DNA from: an uncultured Phycisphaerales bacterium
GTDB lineage: Bacteria > Planctomycetota > B15-G4
Assembly (NCBI GenBank): GCA_964537035.1
Contig: CAZIAK010000008.1
Span: forward strand, 624-64,623
Length of the DNA stretch: 64,000 bases
Direction of reading: 5' to 3'
The notes below the pieces were generated by a model. That model was given only the letters and a program-made list of their open reading frames with translations. It was not told the origin of the DNA and ran no database searches. Positions 9,677-17,818 of the stretch are shown here, piece by piece (the first letter of the stretch is position 1; every line of letters begins with the position of its first letter). A program made the position numbers and the translations under genes.

Positions 9677-11308
9677 ATGCACACGTTCCGAATCCTCGCC
9701 TGCCTGGCTGCCTTTGCCCTGTTCGCCCCGACACTGGCAGGCCAGACCCAGCTCTACACCCTCACCGGCGATGGCCCGGATGACGGCTACGGCACAGATG
9801 TGGCCGGCGGCCGTGACCTGAACGGCGATGGCCTGGACGACTTCGTCGTGGGCATCCCGGAGGACAACACGGCGCCGGTGGTGATCAAGGCTGGCGCCGT
9901 CCGCGCGATCGCAGGCGACACGGGCACCACCCTGTGGACGGCCTTCGGCATTCAGGCCCTGTCCGACTTCGGCTGGTCGGTGGATCTGGGCGGTGACCTG
10001 AACGGCGACGGTGTGCCCGATGTGATCGTGGGAACGCCCAAGTTTGACGAGTCGTTCACACCGGACAGCGGCATCGTCCAGGCCCTCTCGGGCAGCGACG
10101 GCCAGCTGCTGTGGACCTCGTTCGGCATCGACAATCCCAACGACCACTTCGGTTGGGATGTGGCCTCCATGGGCGACATCAGCGGCGACGGCATCGACGA
10201 CATCGTCGCGGGCTCCCTGGCCGACTACGCCCTGGTCCTCTCGGGAGCCGACGGCACGACCCTGCGCACCGAGCTCGGCCAGGCAGGCTCGCTGTACGGC
10301 AAGTCCGTGAGCAGCGCCGGCGACGCGAACAATGACGGGATCGACGACTACATCATCGGCGCACCGAACCACAACGGCACCCAGGGCGCCACGGAGATCA
10401 TCTCGGGGGCCAACGGCGCCCAGCTGCACTTCGACGTGGGCCTGGCTGGCGCCCACCTGGGCTCGCGGGTCTGCAACATCGGTGACATCAACGGCGACGG
10501 GCATGACGACCAGGTGGCCGCCGCTCCAGGAGTCCCCATCGTGCGCATCGACTCGGGCAAGGACGTAGGTCAGACCCTGCTGGTCATCTTCGGCCCCTCC
10601 ACCGATCGCTGGGCCGAAGACATCTCGGCCGTGGGCGACATGGACGGCGACGGCCTGCCCGACCTGGCCATTGGCTGGAGTCACGATCCGGCGAGCGCCT
10701 CGTTCGGGGGCAGCTTCACGGTGCACTCGAGCGCCACGGGCTTGATCGTCTTCATCGTCAACGACAGCGTCTTTGGTGAGCATCTCGGGCACTCCCTCGA
10801 CGGCGCAGGCGATCTGAACGGCGATGGCATTGCCGACCTGATCGTGGGCCGAGAGCAGGAGTTCGCCGAGGCCAAGCCGGGAACCGTGCGCACCTACACC
10901 ACCTGCGTGGGTACCGCTCAGAACTACGGCTCCGGCCTGGCGGGCAGCGATGGCTTCGTCCCCGAGATCTCCTTCGCGGGCTGCGCCGAGTTGGGCGGGA
11001 GCGTCACCCTGACCATCGACAAGCTCTTGGGCGGCACCCCGGGCATCCTGTTCGTGGGCCTGGCTCCTGCTGCGCTGCCAGCCAAGGGCGGCTCGTTGCT
11101 GGTGCAGATCCTCTTCGCCATCAACCACCAGGCCAGCGGGCCTGCGGGAGTCGCCGGTGCTGGCTCGGTCACCTTCCCCGCAACCCTGCCCAACGACCCA
11201 CTGCTGATCGGGCAGACCATCTACCAGCAAGCCTGGTACGCCGACAGTGCCGCACCCGCGAACATCTCCATGACGGACGGTCTGGGCTACACCGTGGTGG
11301 GCTTCTGA
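9677..11308 (+). CDS. Secreted integrin-alpha-type FG-GAP 7-repeat protein with a variant of the C-terminal domain
   Basis: Signal peptide ending TLAG|Q; seven GD(L/I)NGDG..D repeats; C-terminus YGSGLAGSDG...PAKGGSLLV...QAWYAD...TDGL. Confidence 0.9.
   Translation: MHTFRILACLAAFALFAPTLAGQTQLYTLTGDGPDDGYGTDVAGGRDLNGDGLDDFVVGIPEDNTAPVVIKAGAVRAIAGDTGTTLWTAFGIQALSDFGWSVDLGGDLNGDGVPDVIVGTPKFDESFTPDSGIVQALSGSDGQLLWTSFGIDNPNDHFGWDVASMGDISGDGIDDIVAGSLADYALVLSGADGTTLRTELGQAGSLYGKSVSSAGDANNDGIDDYIIGAPNHNGTQGATEIISGANGAQLHFDVGLAGAHLGSRVCNIGDINGDGHDDQVAAAPGVPIVRIDSGKDVGQTLLVIFGPSTDRWAEDISAVGDMDGDGLPDLAIGWSHDPASASFGGSFTVHSSATGLIVFIVNDSVFGEHLGHSLDGAGDLNGDGIADLIVGREQEFAEAKPGTVRTYTTCVGTAQNYGSGLAGSDGFVPEISFAGCAELGGSVTLTIDKLLGGTPGILFVGLAPAALPAKGGSLLVQILFAINHQASGPAGVAGAGSVTFPATLPNDPLLIGQTIYQQAWYADSAAPANISMTDGLGYTVVGF
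10916..11308 (+). other. Shared C-terminal domain, divergent copy D
   Basis: GSGLAGSDG..P, KGG.LLV, Q.W..D and TDGL align with copies A-C. Confidence 0.75.
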
Positions 11309-11431
11309 GTGCCCGATCGTCTGCCCCCAGGACAGCACTCTCAGAGGGCGCTCCCCTCCACCTCCCCTCCCCCCTCCATGCTAGGCTGGGCCGCTCTACC
11401 AGGACCCAGATGGCTGCAGAGGGACACCGCC

Positions 11432-12049
11432 GTGGGCGAGGCAGGCGAACGGCAACAGAGCGCGCAGTGGCTGCAGGCTGCGCAGTCCGGTGATCAGCTC
11501 GCTGTCGACCGCCTGTTGGAGCGACACCTCCCCGGACTGCGCGCGTTTGTACGGCTCCGGGCAGGCCCGTTGGTGCGTGCTCGAGAGTCCGTCTCTGATC
11601 TGGTCCAGTCGGTCTGCCTTGAGGTGCTGCAACATGCCGACCGCTTTCAGTTCGGCGGCGAAGCTGGCTTCAAGCACTGGCTCTACACCACGGCCCTGCG
11701 GCGCATCCTCAACCGCCACGACTACTGGACGACCCAACGTCGGGATGTGCACCGCGAACGTCCCCTGCAGGCTGGGCGAGATGACGGCAGCGCGGCGTCT
11801 CTGGCCCTGTGCTACCGACGCTTCAGTTCACCGAGCCAGAAGGCCATGGGTCGTGAGCAACTGCAACGCATGGAGGAGGCCTTCGACAGGCTCGCCGAGG
11901 CCGACCGGGAGATCATCACCCTCAGTCGGCTGGCGGGGCTGAACGGAGCCGCCCTGGCTGAAGCGCTGGGCAGGTCAGAGGGCGCCTCCCGCGTCGCTCT
12001 GCACCGCGCCCTGGCCAGGCTCGCCGCCCTGCTAGACGAGACACCATGA
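11432..12049 (+). CDS. ECF sigma factor, planctomycete kinase-associated type
   Basis: Region 2 VRARESVSDLVQSVCL...FKHWLYTTA; region 4 LAEADREIITL...LHRALARL. Start is GTG 11432 (preceded by AGAGGGA) or ATG 11378. The stop overlaps the kinase ATG. Confidence 0.85.
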   Translation: MGEAGERQQSAQWLQAAQSGDQLAVDRLLERHLPGLRAFVRLRAGPLVRARESVSDLVQSVCLEVLQHADRFQFGGEAGFKHWLYTTALRRILNRHDYWTTQRRDVHRERPLQAGRDDGSAASLALCYRRFSSPSQKAMGREQLQRMEEAFDRLAEADREIITLSRLAGLNGAALAEALGRSEGASRVALHRALARLAALLDETP

Positions 12050-14817
12050 ACGACGGACCCGGCCCCCCATCCACCAACGATTCTTCTGGCGCTGACGCAC
12101 TCGAGACCCGGCTGGCCCAGGCCATCGATCGACTGGCCGCTGGCGACGGACCGGAGTCAGCCCTCGACGCCGCCTGCGCCGACGCCCCCGAGCTGCGAGA
12201 GACGCTGCGCCGGCGCCTGTCGCTGCTGGCAGAGATGGGCGTTCTGGGCGACGAGTCCTCCGCTGAGAACCCTTCACGCGTGGGCCGCTTTCGGGTGCTG
12301 CAGAAGTTGGGCGGCGGTGGCATGGGCGTGGTCCACCTCGCCTTCGACGAGGAGCTGCAACGGACCGTGGCGCTCAAGCTGATCCGTCCCGAGCAGCTGT
12401 GGTTCGATGGCGCGCGCCAACGTTTTCAGCGCGAGGTGGACATCGTGGCCAGGCTGGCTCATCCCGGTGTGGTGCCCGTCTACTCCGTGGGCGAAGAGGC
12501 GGGGCTGCCTTGGTTCGCCATGGAGCTGGTGCGGGGTTGCTCCTTGGCCGATGCACTGACCGATCTCGCGGGCCGTGACAGGGCCACCCTGCGCGGCGCT
12601 GACCTCGAAGCCGTGGTCATGGCCAGAGCGGCGCGCATCGATGCAGCTCAGGGCGGCGACAGCAAGCCGTCACCAAAGAGCGACGGTGGCTGGCTCTATA
12701 CGGGCAGCTGGGAGCAGACCTGCCTGCGCATCGTGGCTCGTGTGGCAGAGACCCTCGAGCACGCTCACCAGCGCGGAGTACTCCACCGCGACCTCAAGCC
12801 CAGCAACATCATGCTCACGGCGGGGGGCGGGGGCGCCAGCCGGGCCCTGCTCGTCGACTTCGGTCTGGCCACCAGCGGCGACGCGTCCGAGATCACGACC
12901 ACAGGCGCGCGGCTCGGGTCCCTGCCCTACATGGCCCCCGAGCAGACCCGGGGCGAGACGGACAGCCTCGATGCGCGGTGCGACGTGTACGGGCTGGGCG
13001 TGACGCTGTTCGAGCTGCTGACTCTTGAGCCTCCCTTTCGCGCTCCGAGTGACCCGGCGCTGCTCGCGGACATTCAGTCGGGACGACATCGCCCACCGCG
13101 AGAGATCGCCCCAGAGCTGTCCTGGGAGGCGGAGACGGTCTGCCTCACGGCGATGGAGCCCGACGCCCCACGGCGCTACGGCAGCGCTGACGAGCTCGCC
13201 GCAGACCTGGAGGCCGTGCTGGCTCACCGCCCCATCGCAGCCCGCCGTGCAGGTCCTTGGAGAGCCACTCGTCGTTGGATCCAGCGCCATCCCACGGCCG
13301 CCGTGGCCGTTCTGCTGGGCGGATTGTTGTTGGTGGGCGGGCCCTCGCTGTTCGCCTGGCAGCAGCACAAGTCCAACACCGAACTTGCAGCCAAGAACGA
13401 CACCATCGCCGCGGACGCCAAGCTCATTGGCGAGAAGAACGAGACACTCAGTGAACAGGCGGACAGGCTCACCGAGCAGACCGAGGAGCTGAACCGCCGC
13501 AACGCGCGCATCGAGACCCAACGAGACGAGTTGGCTCGGAGCAATGCGCTGCTCCTCGCGCGCGGCGAAGAGGTCGAACGCCACTTCGCCCTGGCCCTCG
13601 ATGCCGTGGACTCCATGCTCACCCAGGTGAGCGAGACGTCCCTGGCGGCGGTGCCCCAGATGACGCCGGTGCGTCAATCTTTGCTGGCCTCGGCGATCAG
13701 CTTCTACGAGCAGCTGCTCAACGAGGGTCACGCCGAGCCCGAGCTCCGTCAGCACATCGCGCAGACGCTGCAACTGGCAGGCGAGCAGCAGTATGAGTCG
13801 GGCGATGTGGCGGCCGCCGTGGCCAACCACCAGCGCTCCGTCGACATTCTGCGAGAGCTGGTCCTCGAAGACCCCAGCAACGGATCACTGCTCAACGATC
13901 TGGCCCTGGGCCTGCGCAAGCTGTCCGTGCAGCACTATGCGCAGCAGCAGATCGAAGACGCCGTGGCCCTCTCCCGGGAAGCCGCCGAGACGCAACGGCG
14001 AGGGCTGACCCTGGAGGTCGACCCCGACGGTTCGCGCACCGGCCAGCTGGTGATCACGCTCACCAATCTGGGTGCCATGTGCACCACGGCGGAGCGGGAC
14101 GATGAAGCGTTGCAGGCGTACACCGAGTCTGCAGAGCTTGCCCGGGGCCTGGTCGAGCGTTTCCCTGAGGGCCGACGGCACCTCACCGTGCTGGCCCGAG
14201 CCCTGGCAGGTCTGGGCAACACGGCTGAGAACGCTGGCCGGGTCGACGCTGCGGTAGACGGCTACGAACAGGCCTTGCGTGTCTACGAGCAGAGCTTGGT
14301 GGCGTTCCCGGGACGGCCAGACCTGCGCGAAGAGATGTGCGATGTCATGAGTCACTTGGCTGAAGTCCTCGCCTTCGATCCGCCCCGCTCGCTGGCCATG
14401 TTCGAACGTACCTACTCTGCGCTCGAATCACTCACCCGCGACTTCCCCGAGGCCGCCAACCCCCAAGCCACCCTGGCTCGACTGTGCAGTCGGCGAGCTG
14501 AGGCGCTGGTGGCCAACAGCCAGCTGAGCGCAGCCGATCGTTCCTGGCAAGAGTCCCGTCTGCGCGGACAGGTGCTGGTGCAGTACTTCGACGAGTTGCC
14601 AATCATGCGCGCCGGCCTGGCCTTCAGCGAGTGCAGCTACGCGGCCTGGTTGCTGACCCAGGATCGCGCCGAGCTGGCCCTCGAAGTGGCAGCCAGCGCA
14701 GAGGCGCTCTTTCGCGGCCTGTTGGCAGAAGGCTCGGACAACATCGAACACGAGGACGGGCTGAATGCGGCCCGCGACCTCGTAGCGCACGCCGAAGCCA
14801 TGGTTCTGGCGGAGTGA
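12046..14817 (+). CDS. Hanks-type Ser/Thr kinase with TM segment, coiled coil and TPR-like C-terminus
   Basis: LGGGGMGVV, VALK, HRDLKPSNI, DFGLA, YMAPEQ and DVYGLG are all intact; hydrophobic AAVAVLLGGLLLVGG segment. Confidence 0.95.
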   Translation: MNDGPGPPSTNDSSGADALETRLAQAIDRLAAGDGPESALDAACADAPELRETLRRRLSLLAEMGVLGDESSAENPSRVGRFRVLQKLGGGGMGVVHLAFDEELQRTVALKLIRPEQLWFDGARQRFQREVDIVARLAHPGVVPVYSVGEEAGLPWFAMELVRGCSLADALTDLAGRDRATLRGADLEAVVMARAARIDAAQGGDSKPSPKSDGGWLYTGSWEQTCLRIVARVAETLEHAHQRGVLHRDLKPSNIMLTAGGGGASRALLVDFGLATSGDASEITTTGARLGSLPYMAPEQTRGETDSLDARCDVYGLGVTLFELLTLEPPFRAPSDPALLADIQSGRHRPPREIAPELSWEAETVCLTAMEPDAPRRYGSADELAADLEAVLAHRPIAARRAGPWRATRRWIQRHPTAAVAVLLGGLLLVGGPSLFAWQQHKSNTELAAKNDTIAADAKLIGEKNETLSEQADRLTEQTEELNRRNARIETQRDELARSNALLLARGEEVERHFALALDAVDSMLTQVSETSLAAVPQMTPVRQSLLASAISFYEQLLNEGHAEPELRQHIAQTLQLAGEQQYESGDVAAAVANHQRSVDILRELVLEDPSNGSLLNDLALGLRKLSVQHYAQQQIEDAVALSREAAETQRRGLTLEVDPDGSRTGQLVITLTNLGAMCTTAERDDEALQAYTESAELARGLVERFPEGRRHLTVLARALAGLGNTAENAGRVDAAVDGYEQALRVYEQSLVAFPGRPDLREEMCDVMSHLAEVLAFDPPRSLAMFERTYSALESLTRDFPEAANPQATLARLCSRRAEALVANSQLSAADRSWQESRLRGQVLVQYFDELPIMRAGLAFSECSYAAWLLTQDRAELALEVAASAEALFRGLLAEGSDNIEHEDGLNAARDLVAHAEAMVLAE

Positions 14818-15057
14818 GTTCGGCGTTTCACTGTTGCCTGCTGGAGCAAACGCAGGACGACGGTTGACCTGGCCGCGCTCCTTGCGGGCTTCACGCTTTG
14901 CTGCCCCAGCGTGCAGGCCACCGCCCAGGATGAGACTAGCGAGCCCCTACCCGCACTGATCGTGGCTGAAGACGGCATGGTCACGGTAGTCGTCGAGCAC
15001 TTCGAGCTCGACGGCTGGGCCATGCTGACCCTCGCAATCGAGCCGATGGAGCACTGA
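14818..15057 (+). pseudogene. Start-less open frame resembling a small secreted protein
   Basis: Reads ...LAALLAGFTLCCPSVQATAQDETSEPLP...MEH* in frame after the kinase stop; a TTG with an upstream AGGA lies one base out of frame. Confidence 0.3.
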
Positions 15058-15121
15058 AACGCAAAGAGGGCAGCGCCGGCCCCCCTGCCGACACCGCCCT
15101 CATCCCCGATGGTCGTTGGTG

Positions 15122-15493
15122 TTACGGAGTGCGCCCCACGATGCCGTTTGTGGCGACGAAGCCCACCGGCCCCGACGCGTCGGCGAACCAGGCTTGCATG
15201 ACCAGGTCAGTCCCCGAGGGGATGCCGCCGGGCCAGGTGCTGGCCAGGTTCAGGTTGCCGTTGCCATCGGTGGGCACGGGCAGGATGAGACCCGGCGGGT
15301 TGATGTCTGGTACCAGCACGCCGCCCTTGAACGGCGCGTTGAGCTGGGTGGCGCCGAAGCAAAGCCACGCCGTGGCCAGAGGCGCCGCCCCGGTGACCAG
15401 CAGCGACACCGGGGAGCTGGGCTGCAGAGTGCCCACACCGGCCATGGCAGGCGTGCCGTTGGTGCTGCCCAAGGCGTTGCCCAGGTCTGTCCA
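15122..15493 (-). other. Shared C-terminal domain, copy E
   Basis: WTDLGNALGSTNG...APFKGGVLVPDIN...WPGGIPSG...QAWFAD...ATNGIVGRTP. Confidence 0.9.
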
Positions 15494-17638
15494 GGCAGAG
15501 CCCATGGTTACCGGGATGTCCACGGAGGCGGCGTTGCCGGCCAGGTCACGGATGACCACCGACAACGTGCCCGGGGTCATGAACGAGAAGGGCAGGGTGG
15601 CGCTGGAAGAGCTGTCCATCCAGATCGCGCCGCTCATCTCATCGTCTTCGCCCAGAAGGAATGACGGCTTGTAGTACGACAACAAACCGTCTGTCAGGGG
15701 CCCACCTGTCTGGCTCAATGCCTGCACAAAGGTCTCGTTGCCCGCGTCATCCATGCTGGTCGTCTGGGGCATGTTGATCAGCACCAGCTGACTCGCCTGC
15801 TCCGTACGAATGGTCATGGAAGGGTCGCCCAAGAGCAGATAGGCCCAGGGGTTCTTGTGCCCGGGCCAGTTCGCCCAGACCGACGCCTCCGCCGCCGCGA
15901 TGGCCATGCCGTGTGTGGTGATGCCCTGGTCGTACACCACCTTGAACAGCTTCTCGTTGAGGTGGTGGTTCGGCGTGGTCGACGTGGTGCGCGTGGCCGC
16001 GTAGCTGGCGCTGGCTCCCTCGGGGACTTCCATCCACACCTCGGCGATGGAGTCACTGGACGTGCCCCAGCCCCAGTCGATGTTGCCGTTGGTGCAGGTG
16101 ATGGCCCAGACGATCGGGTGCACCGGGTTGTTCAACGCGATCACGTCGTTCGAGTGCCAGTTCTCGTCTGCGAGGTTCCAGCCGGTCCAGGCCGAGGTCG
16201 ACCCGTGGCCCCGGTAGGCCACCAGGCCCAGCCCGTCGCCGAGCTGACCGGCGGTGACAGCGTTGGTGATCTGTTGGTTGGTGCCCCCCGTGCCGCCGTA
16301 TGTGGCCAAGAACGTGGGTGGGTTGCTGTACGACTGCGTCAGCACTTTCGTGTGCGAAGCGGAGTACTTGTCCGGGTAGTTCTGCTCGTGAGCGACCAGA
16401 AGCGCCGTGTGATATCCACCACCGGGGACCGGGTTGATCTGGTAGTCGATGATCTTCTGCAGCTGGGCGGCCAGGTCAGGTTCATTGTCGATGGACACCC
16501 GACCCACGTGGACCTCCTTGCTGCTGTTGATCGTGCCGATGGCGCCGTAGACATCGTCTGTATCGACGCTGTCCCCGCCCGCCGTCACATTGCCAAGAGG
16601 GATGGTCAGGGTGTCGCCCACCAAGAGGCAGAAGTGGTCCATGCCCGGGTCGCCCAGGGCGTACCAGTCGGCGATGACCTGGCGAATCGAAGAGACGTCC
16701 GGCAGGGCTGTGTCCACGGTGACCTGATAGCCCTGGGATTTCTTCATCTTCACGAAGGGCTCGAGGGTGTCCCACCAGAAGGGCTGGGCCACGATCAGGT
16801 AGCGAGAATGATAGAAGAAGGGCTCGAAGGGATAGGCCTGAACGGCCACCGGCCAGTTGATGTAGAGCGAGTCGAAGAGCTTGTCCTGTACCTTGGTGAT
16901 GTTCAGCGGCACCGGAGTCAGGCCTGCGGGATCGAAGGCGTAACGGGACTGCTTGGCAACGATCAGGCGCAGCGAGCTCGGGTCCCACACCACCGGGTTG
17001 CCGGCGACCGAGGCTGCAGCGATGGGACCGATCTGTGGGTTGACCGTCGCGTCGGCTCCCGCCTGGGCAGGCCAGAGGGCCGTGCCGTTGTAGATGGCGC
17101 TGTTGACGGTGAAGACCTCGGCGCTGCCGTCGGGGTCACCGGGCCCCGGATCGCCCGTGGGATCGATCTCTTCGTCCTCCCCGGGAAGCGGCGCCGGGTA
17201 GGGCCGGATGTTGGAGAAGAAGACCTGGGACAAGACGTTCTGTCCATCGAAGTCAACCGTGCTCGCATCGGTGGCCATGGCCAGCAGCACCCGGGCCTCT
17301 GGCAGCTCGGGCTCGCCAGGTGTGTGCATGGTCTCCAGTCCGGGAAAGTCAAGGCGCTGGTAGGTGTTGCCATCGTCGCCGACCACGTCTTCGCGCCAGA
17401 AACCATGAATCGTGACCGTGTACTCGGTGTGGTTCACGTTCGACTTGCCTGGATCCAGCTGGATCGTGGCAGGCGTGCCAGGAGTGAAGTTGTCGAACGG
17501 CACCCAGGTCGAGGCGCTGCTCTGTGCGCTGGCTGCAAGGCTCGTTCCCCACAGGGCACAGAGCAAGGCGGCTGGGGCCAGCAGACACCTGCGCGAGAGG
17601 TGGGGCGTTGAGGCGAACAGTCGGCTAGCGGGATTCAT
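15122..17638 (-). CDS. C25 (gingipain-family) cysteine peptidase with propeptide and conserved C-terminal domain
   Basis: Propeptide motif TPGEPELP; LLVGD, DDVYG and VGRVS motifs; catalytic YRGHGS (His) and AITCTNG (Cys); YLLLGDPSM. ATG 17638 opens a signal peptide. Confidence 0.9.
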   Translation of the reverse strand: MNPASRLFASTPHLSRRCLLAPAALLCALWGTSLAASAQSSASTWVPFDNFTPGTPATIQLDPGKSNVNHTEYTVTIHGFWREDVVGDDGNTYQRLDFPGLETMHTPGEPELPEARVLLAMATDASTVDFDGQNVLSQVFFSNIRPYPAPLPGEDEEIDPTGDPGPGDPDGSAEVFTVNSAIYNGTALWPAQAGADATVNPQIGPIAAASVAGNPVVWDPSSLRLIVAKQSRYAFDPAGLTPVPLNITKVQDKLFDSLYINWPVAVQAYPFEPFFYHSRYLIVAQPFWWDTLEPFVKMKKSQGYQVTVDTALPDVSSIRQVIADWYALGDPGMDHFCLLVGDTLTIPLGNVTAGGDSVDTDDVYGAIGTINSSKEVHVGRVSIDNEPDLAAQLQKIIDYQINPVPGGGYHTALLVAHEQNYPDKYSASHTKVLTQSYSNPPTFLATYGGTGGTNQQITNAVTAGQLGDGLGLVAYRGHGSTSAWTGWNLADENWHSNDVIALNNPVHPIVWAITCTNGNIDWGWGTSSDSIAEVWMEVPEGASASYAATRTTSTTPNHHLNEKLFKVVYDQGITTHGMAIAAAEASVWANWPGHKNPWAYLLLGDPSMTIRTEQASQLVLINMPQTTSMDDAGNETFVQALSQTGGPLTDGLLSYYKPSFLLGEDDEMSGAIWMDSSSSATLPFSFMTPGTLSVVIRDLAGNAASVDIPVTMGSAWTDLGNALGSTNGTPAMAGVGTLQPSSPVSLLVTGAAPLATAWLCFGATQLNAPFKGGVLVPDINPPGLILPVPTDGNGNLNLASTWPGGIPSGTDLVMQAWFADASGPVGFVATNGIVGRTP

Positions 17639-17702
17639 GGCTCGTTCTTCCAGATGGGCGCGCAGCTCAGGCCACGCATGGAAACTCCTGTCAAACCCAT
17701 GA

Positions 17703-17727
17703 ATCAGCAAGGGCAAGCGAGTGTTAC
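17703..17727 (-). promoter_or_regulatory. Candidate ECF-sigma promoter GTAAC-N14-GCTGAT
   Basis: The minus strand reads GTAAC-actcgcttgccctt-GCTGAT, 64 nt before ATG 17638; matches 9589-9613. Confidence 0.5.
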
Positions 17728-17818
17728 CGGCTTTCCGTAGACTCGCCTTCAGGCGCGCCCGACCAGCCCCTTCCCCTCGACGATCGCTCACCCACCGACC
17801 CTCCCCAGAAAGCTGTCC

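Noticed and set aside
5030-11338. Long antisense ORFs (5030-6289, 7504-8577, 9632-11338 and many similar ones across the window)
   Set aside because: Shadow frames of GC-rich real genes; they have no motifs and lie opposite well-supported CDSs.
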